Shown: positions 36,127-61,041, counted from the stretch's first letter. The stretch is 64,000 bases of DNA from the human T2T-CHM13v2.0 reference genome, Homo sapiens (GCF_009914755.1 NC_060944.1), one strand, 5' to 3'. The notes: generated by a model not told the origin, from the letters alone. Translations and numbers: made by a program.

Positions 36127-36446
36127 CAGTGCTGTCCAATGAAGGTAGAAGGTGAGTCAGAAGTGTGAGCTACCTGATTTACATGGTCTAGTAGCTACAT
36201 TAAAAAGAATAAAAAGAAATAGGTAAAATTAATTTTAGCAACACATCATCTAATATGTAAAAAATAATACTCCAGCATATAATCAAATATAAATAATGAT
36301 CAATGAGCTGTTTTACATTTGAAGACTCTGCTAGGTCTTTGAAATCAGGTGTGTATGTGATACTTGTAGCTCATCTCAGTGGCACTGGCCACGTTTAAGT
36401 GTTTATATAGACACATGTGGTTGATGGCTACTGTGGCCAGTGCAGG
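36127..36446. mobile_element. MER33-like hAT-Charlie DNA transposon fossil
   Basis: Starts cagtgctgtccaat; ctagtagctacattaaaaa; ends cacatgtggttgatggctactgtggccagtgcag. Confidence 0.75.
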
Positions 36447-37125
36447 CCTGAAACACTGACTTGGGGCTTCTTAGGTTATAACTATTGCTTTACCTCAAGA
36501 TAAGGTTCTAAGAGTGACCTTAATTACTAGCTACAGGTTTTTTTTTTTTTTTTCTTTTGGAGATGGAGTTTTGCTCTGTCACACAGGCTGGAGTGCAGTG
36601 GCGTGAGCTCAGCTCACTGCAACCTCTGTCTCTCAGGTTCAAATGATACTCCTGCCCCAGCCTCCCAAGTAGCTAGGATTATAGGTGCCTGCCTCCACGC
36701 CCAGCTAATTCTTGTATTTTTAGTAGAGACAGGGTTTCACCATGTTGGCCAGGCCGGTCTCGAACTCCTGACCTCAGGTGATCTGGCCGTCTTGGCCTCC
36801 CAAGGTGCTGGGATTACAGATGTGAGCCACTGCACCTGGCCAAGCCACAGATTTTTAATAACCTCATGAATACAGACTTGAAAGGAGTGCCACGTGAAAG
36901 CCAGTGTCTTAGTATATATTTTTTTAGTGATTTAGTGTTTGTTATGTGTGTATAGTTATGAGCAATATCATGGACAGATGCAACTTTTGGCCTTTATAGG
37001 TGGGACCCAGAAGGCTGGGTATCTGGTTTGGCCTTGATAATTTGTTGGACAGAGAAGGTTTTAAAGGGTTTGAGAGGGTAGCATTAGTGAAACTAGTGAA
37101 ACTAGGTGGATACCAAGCTAGCATT

Positions 37126-37164
<39 letters not shown>

Positions 37165-37683
37165 TGGCGTGATCTCAGCTCACTGCAACTTCCGCCTCCC
37201 GGGTTCAAGTGATTCCCCTGCCTCAACCTCCTGAGTAGGTGGGACTACAGGTGCACACCACCATGCCCAGCTAATTTTTATATTTTTATAGAGACGGGGA
37301 TTCACCATGTTGGCCAGGATGGTCTTGATCTCTTGACCTCGTGATCCGCCTGCCTTGGCCTCCCAAAGTGCTGGGATTACAGGCGTGAGCCACTGCGCCT
37401 GGCCAGCATTCCTTTTCATAAGCTCTTTCGACTTCCTTTCTTCCTTGGTCATTAATGCCACCAGGCATGTGATTAGAAGGCCCCTTCCCTGCCTTTTGGA
37501 TTGTGGAGCTGTAGCTCTGAGTCTGCTTCCCGCTGGGGCTGGTCGGCTCTTGGCCTGTGTATCCCCTGCTCTTTGGGGCTGTTGGTTTCAGGAAAGGCAG
37601 CAAACTGCAGCAAAAGCAGAGGTGGGGACAGTGAGGGAAAATGGATGATTTAGCTTTGCCGGCCACCAGGCAGTAGCTGTACT

Positions 37684-37740
37684 GTATGTATGTATGTATG
37701 TATGTATGTATGTATGAATGAATGAATGAATGATTGAATG
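37684..37740. repeat. (TATG)n(AATG)n microsatellite derived from an Alu tail
   Basis: Seen directly; abuts gagacagggtc. Confidence 0.9.
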
Positions 37741-39298
37741 AGACAGGGTCTTGCTGTGTCTCCCAGACTAGAGTGTAATGGTCCATTTATAGCTTACTGC
37801 AGCCTTGAACTCCTGGGCTCAGACAATGTTCCTGCTTCAGCCTCTTAAGTATCTGGTACTATAGGCATACACCACCCTACCTGGCTAATTTTTAGATTTT
37901 TTTGTAGAGACAGGTTTTGCCATGTTGCCCAGGCTGGTCTCAAGTTCCTGGCCTCAAGCGATCCTCTCACCTTGACCTCCCAAAGCTTTGGGATTGCAGA
38001 TGTGAGCCACGGCAGCTGGCCCCTCTAGTACTTTATTGAAACTTTCAATTATTTTTTATTTCTGTGGCTGGTAAAGGAATAGTGAAAGGCTGTCTAGAAC
38101 TGTGATTCTGGTTTGGTCTAACAAGACTTTGATGATGAACTTTGAAATTCGTTTTGATAAAATTGTCCTGGTGGTGTCACCTGATCCTCATCTCTGGATG
38201 CTTTTTGACTGCAGGTTATAAAGAGGGTCCTTTCTCCTGGGATGAGACTTGATCTCCTCTGTTGTGTTTGGTGTCTTCATCAGGCTGTGGGGAAGCTAGA
38301 TAAGCTGTTTATTTCTGTTTTTAAATTTTTATTATTTATTTTTTAAAAAGATGGAGCCTTGCTATGTTGTCACAACTGGCTTTTAACTCTTGGGCTCAAG
38401 CAATTCTCCCGACTCAGCCTCTAGAGTAGCTGAGACGCGTGCGCCACTCCACCTGACATGCTTCAGTTTTTGTGGCTGTGAGTTCAGAAGGCTGGACTAG
38501 ATGATTTCTCTGGTCCCTTCTGGCTTGTAGAATTCCCTTCTGCCGAGGTCGTTCTCAGTGGCTGTACCTTTGATTTTGTTGCTTTACTTTCCATGCTGCT
38601 CTGTGGCCCTGACCTGTAAATACAGGTTTTTGCAACTTGCATTCATTGACAGTTAAATGGAATTCACTTGTCATAGATGTGAATACAGTACACTGGAATG
38701 AAGATGCCCCATGGTTAAAGTACACACAGGACTATGAGTGTTATAACTTTTATTGGTCTTGGCTAGATAGAGTCCTGGCCTAAGGACTGAGACAGATTTC
38801 TTCATAGCCTCTTAATGGGAATCAGAGACCCTCAGTGGGGCTCATGGAGGGTCAGAGCACTTTCCATTGGGCTTCCAAAGAGTTCCATTGAGCCCTTTCC
38901 AGGGTCCTTTCTATTGACCCCCTCATGCAATCAGACCTGGACTTGATTGTCCAGTCCCTTGGTAAGGACTCAGTTTATGATTGTCAGCTACCTTGCTAGG
39001 CTGTAATTGTCTCAGGCTTCCCTAGTTTTTTCTCCTTAATCCTTTTTCAGTCCCTGAGAAGCTTCTACATGTTTCAAGGGGTAGTCTGCTCTTTCTGGGA
39101 GCTGTTACCGTCAAGGTTGCTATAAACAAATCCATGTTGTTTATCTGAGGCTGAAGAAAATTGACATTAAACTGATGTGGTTTTTGTCTGTGTTGGGGTT
39201 TGATCAAAGACCACATCTCCTTTTGGGTTAGAAGTCTGCCTGATATTTTATTGCCATACTAATGCCAAGCATCTCACCCTTTTTAATGTCTTGTGCAG

Positions 39299-39451
39299 GT
39301 CAACGTATTGAAACTTACTGTTGAAGACTTGGAGAAAGAGAGGGATTTCTACTTCGGAAAGCTACGGAACATTGAATTGATTTGCCAGGAGAACGAGGGG
39401 GAAAACGACCCTGTATTGCAGAGGATTGTAGACATTCTGTATGCCACAGAT
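39299..39451 (+). CDS. MAPRE1: EB1 exon 6 (aa 200-250, EBH dimerisation domain)
   Basis: Branch-like tactaat at 39257; gtgcAG|; VNVLKLTVEDLEKERDFYFGKLRNIELICQENEGENDPVLQRIVDILYATD; |GTATGT; 153 nt. Confidence 0.98.
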
Positions 39452-40726
39452 GTATGTGTTTGACATGAGGATATTTTCTTTCCATTTTACATAGAAGGGT
39501 TGGTGAACTCTGTGCTGATGCTTGTTGTATTCCAGTGTTGCATTCATCAAAAGACTTCATCTTTAACCCCTCAAAGTCAGCCAGAGGGCATCTCTGCCCA
39601 GCTTTAGCTTCTGCCTGAGGTCTGTGAGCTTTTGAAGAAGGAATAGGACAAGGAGGTGGCTGGCTTGCCCAGCATCTGTAGTATGTGGCCACTGATAGGT
39701 GATGAGTGCCACAAACTGCTCTTAGCCAGAAGCAACCCATGTCCTCACTCCACCCCACCTCCTATTGCTTGGATCCCTCAGCTTCAGTTGCTGCCTCCAT
39801 TTTATCAGGGCCCGGGGCATGCCCGGAAAAGCAGGCACATGCTCCCTTTTTCACGGCGTGCCCACATATCACGTCATGTCTGGGTATGCCTTTCTCCTCC
39901 CTCCTAGGAGTTTGCCTGGTTCTCACTCCCTCAAAGTACTCTATGATCAAGTTTCTTTGGATCCATGTTTATTGCACAGTCAAATCTGTTGATATTAATC
40001 ACGACATGTTAGTTGATCAGGGAAGACTCATTTTTTTCTAGATTTAGGATTGTTATCCGGCTGTGTCCACTGTTTAATGGTGATGTTTGTAATTCTGTGT
40101 GCCTAGCAAGGTCTGTAGGATCAAACTACAAACTGCTGGTAGTATGTGTAGCACTATGCAAATACAAGGTAGTAATAATGCTGTTACTGTCACTGTCCTT
40201 GAGACATATCTTGTGAATTTCAGGGGATTAAGACAGATGACTGAAAAGTTGATAATCTGTTGAATAAATCTTTAATTTAGAGCTTGCTCTGTGCTATGTA
40301 ATGAAAAAAAGACAACGAAGATATAGGGGGTCCTTGGTTTAGTCTGAGTATTATTTTAGTGGAGCCACATCTTAAGTAAGTTCAGCTATAGAGATTTAGT
40401 TAATAGAAATAAGATGGTGGTTGAAAGAGAAGTCTGATTTTACAGCAGAATAGTATAGTAATTTCCTGCTCTGAGTCCATGCCAGAATGCCCTGGAGTGA
40501 GAATGAGGTGTGTGGGAGTCATGAATCTGCTTTTTCCTTGTGCACTCAATTTTTCTGCCACTGATGTTGGGTCAGTCTTGCTGTTGTGAATATTTTGGGT
40601 AAAGCATGGCTCCTAAGTATAACAAAAGGAAGGCATAAAAGGAAAGCTGGCTGCATAGACAGTTTATTGAGAGAAGATGTTAGAGTACTGAACTTTACAG
40701 GGGACTTCAGGAATTTTTGAGGGAAA

Positions 40727-41150
40727 TTTTTTTTTTTTTTTAGTGACGGGGATCTCACTTTATTGCCCAGGCTGGAGTGCCTGGTGGTGCGATCATGGCT
40801 CACTGCAGCTTTGACCTCCTGGGTCAAGCAGTCCTGCCTCGACCCCGCTGGGGAGTAGCTGGGACTACAGGCATGTCCCACCAGGCTTGGCTAGTTTTTT
40901 TTTTTTTCGAGACATTGTCTCACTGTGTTACCCAGGCTGGTCTTGAACTTCTGGGCTCAAGCCTTGGCCTTCCAAAGTGCTAGGATTACAGGCATGAGCC
41001 ATCACACCTGGCCTTCTTTCTTCTTTAAAAAACAGTTTTATTGAAGTATAACTGACATAATAAACTGCACATATTTAAAATGTACCTTTGATGACATGGG
41101 TGAAATTACCACCATAATGAAGACAATGTAAATATGCATCACTTTCAAAA
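40727..41150 (-). mobile_element. AluJ-like element plus short L1M 3' fragment
   Basis: Alu consensus; ttttattgaagtataactgacataataaactgcac. Confidence 0.7.
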
Positions 41151-41352
41151 GTTTGAGGGTAAATTTGACTGTGCTCAGTTTTTGTCTTTGGTGAGATGCA
41201 ATTCTACTACCCAAGAAATAAAATAGCAGTCACCTGGCCTGTATAGAGCCAGGAAGAACCATTGTTTTTAAGAGGCTGTAAGTATGAGGAAAGTGAACTC
41301 ACAGTAGAAATGGATCTTTCAGTGGCTTTCCCCTCTCATTTTCCTATTTCAG

Positions 41353-41409
41353 GAAGGCTTTGTGATACCTGATGAAGGGGGCCCACAGGAGGAGCAAGAA
41401 GAGTATTAA
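41353..41409 (+). CDS. MAPRE1: EB1 exon 7 (aa 251-268, acidic EEY tail)
   Basis: tttcAG|; EGFVIPDEGGPQEEQEEY*. Exon sum 121+146+208+122+153+57 = 807 nt. Confidence 0.98.
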   Translation, partial: EGFVIPDEGGPQEEQEEY

Positions 41410-43085
41410 CAGCCTGGACCAGCAGAGCAACATCGGAATTCTTCACTCCAAATCATGTGCTTAACTGTAAAATACTCCCTTTTGTTATCCTTAGAGGACT
41501 CACTGGTTTCTTTTCATAAGCAAAAAGTACCTCTTCTTAAAGTGCACTTTGCAGACGTTTCACTCCTTTTCCAATAAGTTTGAGTTAGGAGCTTTTACCT
41601 TGTAGCAGAGCAGTATTAACATCTAGTTGGTTCACCTGGAAAACAGAGAGGCTGACCGTGGGGCTCACCATGCGGATGCGGGTCACACTGAATGCTGGAG
41701 AGATGTTATGTAATATGCTGAGGTGGCGACCTCAGTGGAGAAATGTAAAGACTGAATTGAATTTTAAGCTAATGTGAAATCAGAGAATGTTGTAATAAGT
41801 AAATGCCTTAAGAGTATTTAAAATATGCTTCCACATTTCAAAATATAAAATGTAACATGACAAGAGATTTTGCGTTTGACATTGTGTCTGGGAAGGAAGG
41901 GCCAGACCTTGGAACCTTTGGAACCTGCTGTCAACAGGTCTTACAGGGCTGCTTGAACCCTCATAGGCCTAGGCTTTGGTCTAAAAGGAACATTTAAAAA
42001 GTTGCCCTGTAAAGTTATTTGGTGTCATTGACCAATTGCATCCCAGCTAAAAAGCAAGAGGCATCGTTGCCTGGATAATAGAGGATGTGTTTCAGCCCTG
42101 AGATGTTACAGTTGAAGAGCTTGGTTTTCATTGAGCATTTCTCTATTTTTCCAGTTATCCCCGAAATTTCTATGTATTATATTTTTTGGGGAAGTGAGGT
42201 GTGCCCAGTTTTTTAATCTAACAACTACTTTTGGGGACTTGCCCACATCTCTGGGATTTGAATGGGGATTGTATCCCATTTTACTGTCTTTTAGGTTTAC
42301 ATTTACCACGTTTCTCTTCTCTGCTCCCCTTGCCCACTGGGGACTCCTCTTTGGCTCCTTGAAGTTTGCTGCTTAGAGTTGGAAGTGCAGCAGGCAGGTG
42401 ATCATGCTGCAAGTTCTTTCTGGACCTCTGGCAAAGGGAGTGGTCAGTGAAGGCCATCGTTACCTTGGGATCTGCCAGGCTGGGGTGTTTTCGGTATCTG
42501 CTGTTCACAGCTCTCCACTGTAATCCGAATACTTTGCCAGTGCACTAATCTCTTTGGAGATAAAATTCATTAGTGTGTTACTAAATGTTAATTTTCTTTT
42601 GCGGAAAATACAGTACCGTGTCTGAATTAATTATTAATATTTAAAATACTTCATTCCTTAACTCTCCCTCATTTGCTTTGCCCACAGCCTATTCAGTTCC
42701 TTTGTTTGGCAGGATTCTGCAAAATGTGTCTCACCCACTACTGAGATTGTTCAGCCCCTGATGTATTTGTATTGATTTGTTTCTGGTGGTAGCTTGTCCT
42801 GAAATGTGTGTAGAAAGCAAGTATTTTATGATAAAAATGTTGTGTAGTGCATGCTCTGTGTGGAATTCAGAGGAAAACCCAGATTCAGTGATTAACAATG
42901 CCAAAAAATGCAAGTAACTAGCCATTGTTCAAATGACAGTGGTGCTATTTCTCTTTTGTGGCCTTTTAGACTTTTGTTGCCCTAAAATTCCATTTTATTG
43001 GGAACCCATTTTCCACCTGGTCTTTCTTGACAGGGTTTTTTTCTACTTTAAACAGTTTCTAAATAAAATTCTGTATTTCAAGAGT
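41410..43085 (+). other. MAPRE1: MAPRE1 3'UTR (end approximate)
   Basis: Repeat-free 1.7 kb. Seed matches: GCACTTT 41544 (miR-17/20/106), CAGTATTA 41611 (miR-200bc/429), TGCACTA 42541 (miR-130/301), ACAGGGT 43030 (miR-10). Confidence 0.88.
43062..43067 (+). terminator. MAPRE1 main polyadenylation signal AATAAA
   Basis: Canonical hexamer, U-rich upstream, tgtcttctgaaatttgtctt downstream. Confidence 0.88.
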
Positions 43086-43229
43086 ATCATGTCTTCTGAA
43101 ATTTGTCTTGCCCTGGGTATATGCTGTTAGGTTCAAGTGATGGGAAACCAGTGCTTCTTTCTTCAGTGAGGACTGATCTTTTCACATCCTTTACTGATTT
43201 TTCAGATGTGCTTATTTCTTCTTCTTCTT

Positions 43230-50383
<7,154 letters not shown>

Positions 50384-51406
50384 TCTGTTACTGTTTTTCT
50401 AACCTGAGTTACTTAGGATCATATTTTCATTCTTTTTTAAAAAGATGGGAGTTTTCTGAACTTTTCCTTAACTAAAAAGTGGAATGCATCTTAATATTTT
50501 CCTTTTTTTACTTGTGTTTCTCCCCAGGGAGGGAAAAACATATTTATTGTGACAGAATTTAGCATATTTTAGGCCACATTAAAATACTGATAAATGTATT
50601 AATCAGTGAAAATAGGTTATAGTGAAAAATATATACCATTTGATTAATAAAAATGTTATTGGAAAAATGCAAGAACTGCTGTAAGAATTGCTAACATTGT
50701 GTTGGAAAATAAATATACTAAGCTAAGAAACAATGGGAAACTGTCATATGTAGGGCCAACAGCCTTTTTTTTTTTAAACCCTTCCAATTTATTAATATCT
50801 AGTCTAATAAACCCTGATTTATAGGACCTCTGCACCTTTTTTGACTTTTTATTCATCCATTCTTAATATTCTACACTATGACAAAATCCTTAAAACTCCA
50901 TTATTGATGAAATGGGAACAGACTTTTGTTTTTGTATGTTGGTGTTCTCTGAGTGGTGAAGGCCCAGGGAGAATGTTTTGTTTGGTGGTCACTTAGCATT
51001 TGAAAACATCCACTTCCTTGTGACTTAGCTGGGTATCTTTTAACATCTGGAAGCCACGTCCCTGATTGAAATCTCTGGAGACAACTTACCTTTCACCAAC
51101 TTGTCTGCCAAATTGCACCATGGACCAAGATTGCAGTGGCTGCATCAAGTCTAGGCCTGCCCTGAAGTCTGGATTTGTAAGTCCCCCATTTCAAATGGGG
51201 CAGAAGGCAGAGGAGCAGAGGAGCCACTGTGCCTTTCGCTGTCCTGGAGCCAGTTGGCCTTCTGGTTTTGGTGAACCCTGCTTTTATAAGAGGACTCCCT
51301 GGCATCTTCCAGTTTCCCGCTACTTGTTTTATGTATTATTTTATGTCTGTGTTTGTCCTGGAGTGCTGTAACTCCTTTCACTGTCTGCTGTAAGTTCAAC
51401 TTCTTC

Positions 51407-51412
51407 AATAAA
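51407..51412 (+). terminator. Candidate distal polyadenylation signal AATAAA
   Basis: Hexamer in unique sequence with GU-rich ttctgtgattatggtttgtg about 30 nt downstream. Confidence 0.55.
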
Positions 51413-51599
51413 AGAAATGTTTCAAATTGGATGAAAAATGGTTCTGTGATTATGGTTTGTGGGACGGGTTCTGATGCTTCATTTATGTTCTTCATACGGA
51501 ATTCTGTCTCATTTCCCTGGTTCTAAATATGACCAGCAGACCCAGAGTTCCATCTCGACTTCATAAAGGAGCTGTCTTGGACTGGGAACAGCTGCCAAT

Positions 51600-51686
51600 G
51601 TCTTTGTTGAGATGGGAGTTGGAAAGTGTTAGCACTTTGCCAGACTTTGCCAGCAAGATTAACTGAGGAGATCAAATTGAGTCAGG
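51600..51686 (+). other. EFCAB8: Probable EFCAB8 first exon (start uncertain)
   Basis: Strong donor AGG|GTGAGT at 51686/51687 in unique sequence upstream of the first coding exon. The assignment is inference. Confidence 0.6.
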
Positions 51687-52249
51687 GTGAGTGAGGGTTT
51701 TAGGTGAAAGTTGCTCTCCAAAAGATTGGATACCTCTGCTGAAGACCTCTGCCTGACCTCCAAGGCTGGAGAGCAGCTCTTATCTGTGTCCTGGCTGGCT
51801 TTCAATGCATGTATCCTTAAGTCATCTGCCTCTACAAATTCGTACAAACCACTCGTTCCCCTCTCATCCCTAGCATGTTCCCCTAGTGGCTGCTCTGAAT
51901 TCTCACCCCTGTTCTGGATGGTACTCTCCCACCTGCCTTGCCCTGCCCCTCTTCCGTCAGCTCCGGACAGGTCAACTTTAGGGAATAGATTGAGGCAGAT
52001 GGATGTGACTTCTGATCTGACCTGTTCTCCAATTCTAAATATCAACCGAGTTTTACATCTCAGCCTTCCCTTCCTTCCCTTCAGAGTTGGAGGAATGGTA
52101 CTTGTCTTGGCCTCTCCCCTCTTGCTTTTGCCCTTTTCTTTTGGGTGGTCTCTGTTGGCAGCAACCAGCACTTTTTTTCCCATTTGGCGTTTTACCTCTG
52201 TTCATGAACATACATAGAACCACTTTCTCCTGGTGAAAGACATTTATCT

Positions 52250-55754
<3,505 letters not shown>

Positions 55755-56472
55755 TCAAGCCAAGCTGGCTCAGTTGGTCTGCCCCCTGTGCGTGTCTTGG
55801 GCTTAACTATTTCTTGGCTGTCCCCCTGCCATCCTAGAGTGCCCTCTGGACTCTTGCCTGGTGGGACTTGCTGACGAGGTGGATTGGTGCTCCAAAGACC
55901 CTAACAAAACGCTGTCATCCATCTCATATGGAGGCCTTGCTGACCCAATAGAAACGTTCTCTTTATATTCCCAGAGCAGAGCTCTGTTCTGTCTGCTCTC
56001 CCGAAGTCCTGGCTTGCAAGGGCACTGGAAGGTGGGTGGGGAGGGTATATGCAGTGGAAATGAGGAGCCCTCATTTTTCTAATCTGTTTATTGTACTTGG
56101 ACTACCACATGGCCTCCTAAGATTCTTCTACTTCTGTAGAAAGTGTGATCCCCTTTAGGAAGCCTCTGGCATTAAGTCAGGAGTAAAGAAACTTGTGAAA
56201 CCCCATGGCTTCTGCAGGACAACTCCTCTCTATCAGGGGAAGAAAGGCTCAAGTGCAAGCTTGGCAAAAGCTTTTTGCTGGAGAAATCTCTGGGAAAAGG
56301 AATGCTCATCCACTGCTCGCTGGGAGTGTCCATGGGCAAGGGGAAGCCACCCTCTCCCTTGACCTTGACTTCTTTTCCACCTTTCTGTGACCTGGCTAAG
56401 TCAGCCTTCCACGTGGTCCTTACAACGACTGGAGTTAAGTTGACTATGATTCCCTATTCTAGGTCAAGGCTA

Positions 56473-56514
56473 ATGTCTTCTGAAGACTTAGCAGAGATCC
56501 CTCAACTCCAAAAG
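56473..56514 (+). CDS. EFCAB8: EF-hand calcium-binding domain protein 8, first coding exon
   Basis: ttctAG|gtcaaggctaATG; MSSEDLAEIPQLQK; AAG|GTAAGA; phase 0 joins the next exon; N-terminus recognised from memory. Confidence 0.85.
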
Positions 56515-56662
56515 GTAAGAAAGACAATTATCTGAACTAATAAAGGGTGGGGCATTCCAGAGTCACCCAAAACCTCACTTACCAGCATGGAAGTATAGGT
56601 GTTTCTGCATCGGGGAGGGGGTTGCATACTCAGATATTTACTGGGCAGGTAACTTAAGTGTA

Positions 56663-58740
<2,078 letters not shown>

Positions 58741-59402
58741 TCTGGGTGTGTAGTGAGAGCCTTCACGTGCTCCTCTGTTGGGCTCCGTGGAGGCAGGGAC
58801 CCTCACTATGTTCACGGTGTATCCACAGTGCTGTATCCACAGTGCCTAGCACTCAGTCAATGTGTGTAGACGCTGGGCTAATGAATGAAAGGTCACAGGA
58901 GGATGAGCACATTTGCTCTTTAGTTGGGGCTAAGTGGGGGAGAGTGAGCAATTTAATCCCTTGTCTTTTGGCTTTTTGAACTAAAGTGTTTTCAACTTCC
59001 CAAGGCCCAAAGCAATGTGTCTCAGTGAGCAGGACTGCCTGCCTGCCACTCAGGTCATCTAATTATCCACGTTAGAGTCTTTTAGGGAAGGCAGCCTTTG
59101 ATGGCCTGAGCTTTGGTGACCTGACACATTATGCTAAGTATCTGTATCAGTCTCATGGAGGGGTGAGGAGAGGAAGCATCATGAGGCCTGGAGGGGTGGG
59201 GAAGGCTTCTGGGGGGATTTGGGAAGGATGAGTAGAAGGGGGAAGTGAGGGAGAACCCCCAGTGGAGGGGTCTGTATGAGCATTGGTGTGTTGGCAGGGA
59301 GGCCAGGGGTGGGGCAGGTGAGCTCATCTGACCGAGATGGGACATCTGGGCTGGTCAGGACCAGGTCAAATTAGGGAAAATGGAGCTGGATTCCCTGGGG
59401 TT

Positions 59403-59620
59403 TTCTTCCTTCCTTCCTTCCTTCCTTCCCTCCCTCCCCCTTCTTCCCTTCCTCCCTTTCTTCCTTCCTTCCTTCCCTCCCTCCCTCCCTCTCTTCCTTC
59501 CTTCCTTCCCTCCTTCCTTCCTTCCTTTCTTTCTCTCTCTCTTTCTTTCTTTCCTTCCTTCCTTCCTTTCTTTCTCTCTCTCTCTTTCTTTCTTTCGTTT
59601 CTTTCGTTTCTTTTTTTTTT
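59403..59620. repeat. Polypyrimidine (CCTT)n/(CT)n/(CTTT)n tract, expanded tail of the antisense Alu at 59620-59898
   Basis: Seen directly; TSD ccctggggtt at 59393 and 59900. Confidence 0.92.
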
Positions 59621-59622
59621 GA

Positions 59623-59924
<302 letters not shown>

Positions 59925-60261
59925 TGAAGATTTGAAATGATATAGTTACTGAACTGAGGTCCCTTATAAATGAACACCCCATTATGAGTAAGGTAGGACT
60001 TGGCTGTATCCTCCCTGAGCCTCAGCTGTGGCATCTGTAAAAAGGGAACAATGGTTCCCTCTCCAAAGTCGGAAGAGTCTAGGTTTTTCTTTATCTTCTT
60101 AGGTGTAAAAATGGTTAAGAATTCTGTATTTCTGTCAGTGACATCATAACACTACTTACCTTGTTCTTTCTCAAAGAGTCTCTCTTTAAATCATGTGCTG
60201 AAAATGTTTGGCTCAGGAAATTGAAACGCTCAGTCCCTGGTTCTTGTTATATTCGTTCCAG

Positions 60262-60427
60262 CTGTCCATCCCACATGGCTTCCAGAACAAGGAGGCTGCT
60301 AGCTCCCCAACACCATCCATCACCCTTAGCCAGGTGCCTGACCTCCAGCCTGGGTCCCAGCTGTTTACTGAGATACACCTGGCCAAGATAGAGAAAATGT
60401 TTGAGGAGGACATCAACTCGACTGGAG
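60262..60427 (+). CDS. EFCAB8: EFCAB8 second coding exon (gene continues beyond the window)
   Basis: ttccAG|; LSIPHGFQNKEAASSPTPSITLSQVPDLQPGSQLFTEIHLAKIEKMFEEDINSTG; GAG|GTAAGG; 166 nt; ends entering an EF-hand-like loop. Confidence 0.88.
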
Positions 60428-60523
60428 GTAAGGCCGCTCTGTAGGCTCGGTTTTTGTGTGAGTTCTGCAACAGGGCAGGACCGAGTACCTGGGGTGTGTG
60501 GAGGGTTCAGACATAATAAGCAT

Positions 60524-61041
60524 TTTTTTTTTGTTTTTGAGACAGGATATTGCTCTGTCACCCAGTCTGGAGTGCAGTGGTGTGATCACCACGGCAGCCT
60601 CAACCTCCCATGCTCAAGCGATCCTCCTGTCTCAGCCCCCAGAGTAGCTGGGACTACATGCACATACCACCACTCCTGGCTAATTAAAATTTTTCTTTTT
60701 TTTTTAGAAACAAGGGCTTGCTATTAGGTTGGTGCAAAAGTAATTGCAGTTTTGCTATTAAAAGTAATGGCAGAAATCACAATTGCTTTTGCACCAATGT
60801 GATATGTGGTCCAGGCTCGTCTGGGACTACTGGGCTCAAGTGATCCTCCTGCCTTGGCCCCCGGAGTAGCTGAAACTACAGGCACATGCCACCATGCCTG
60901 GCTAATTAAAAAAATAATAATTGTAGAGACGAGGTCTTGCTATGTTGCCCAGGCTGGTCTCAAACTCCTGGGCTCAAGCAGCGCCTTCTGCCTTGGCCTC
61001 CCAAAGTGCTGGGATTACAGGTGTGAGCCACTGTGCCCAAC
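60524..61041 (-). mobile_element. Three-arm AluJ-like element hosting MADE1
   Basis: Three successive Alu arm segments. Confidence 0.8.
60724..60802. mobile_element. MADE1 (Hsmar1-derived mariner MITE)
   Basis: ttaggttggtgcaaaagtaattgc...caattgcttttgcaccaa inverted arms; TA duplication at 60722 and 60803. Confidence 0.93.

Noticed and set aside
51659-52217. Antiparallel 174 and 168 aa ORFs
   Set aside because: Mostly inside the probable EFCAB8 intron 1, no recognisable domain, and the + ORF starts at TTG. Cannot be fully excluded without a homology search.
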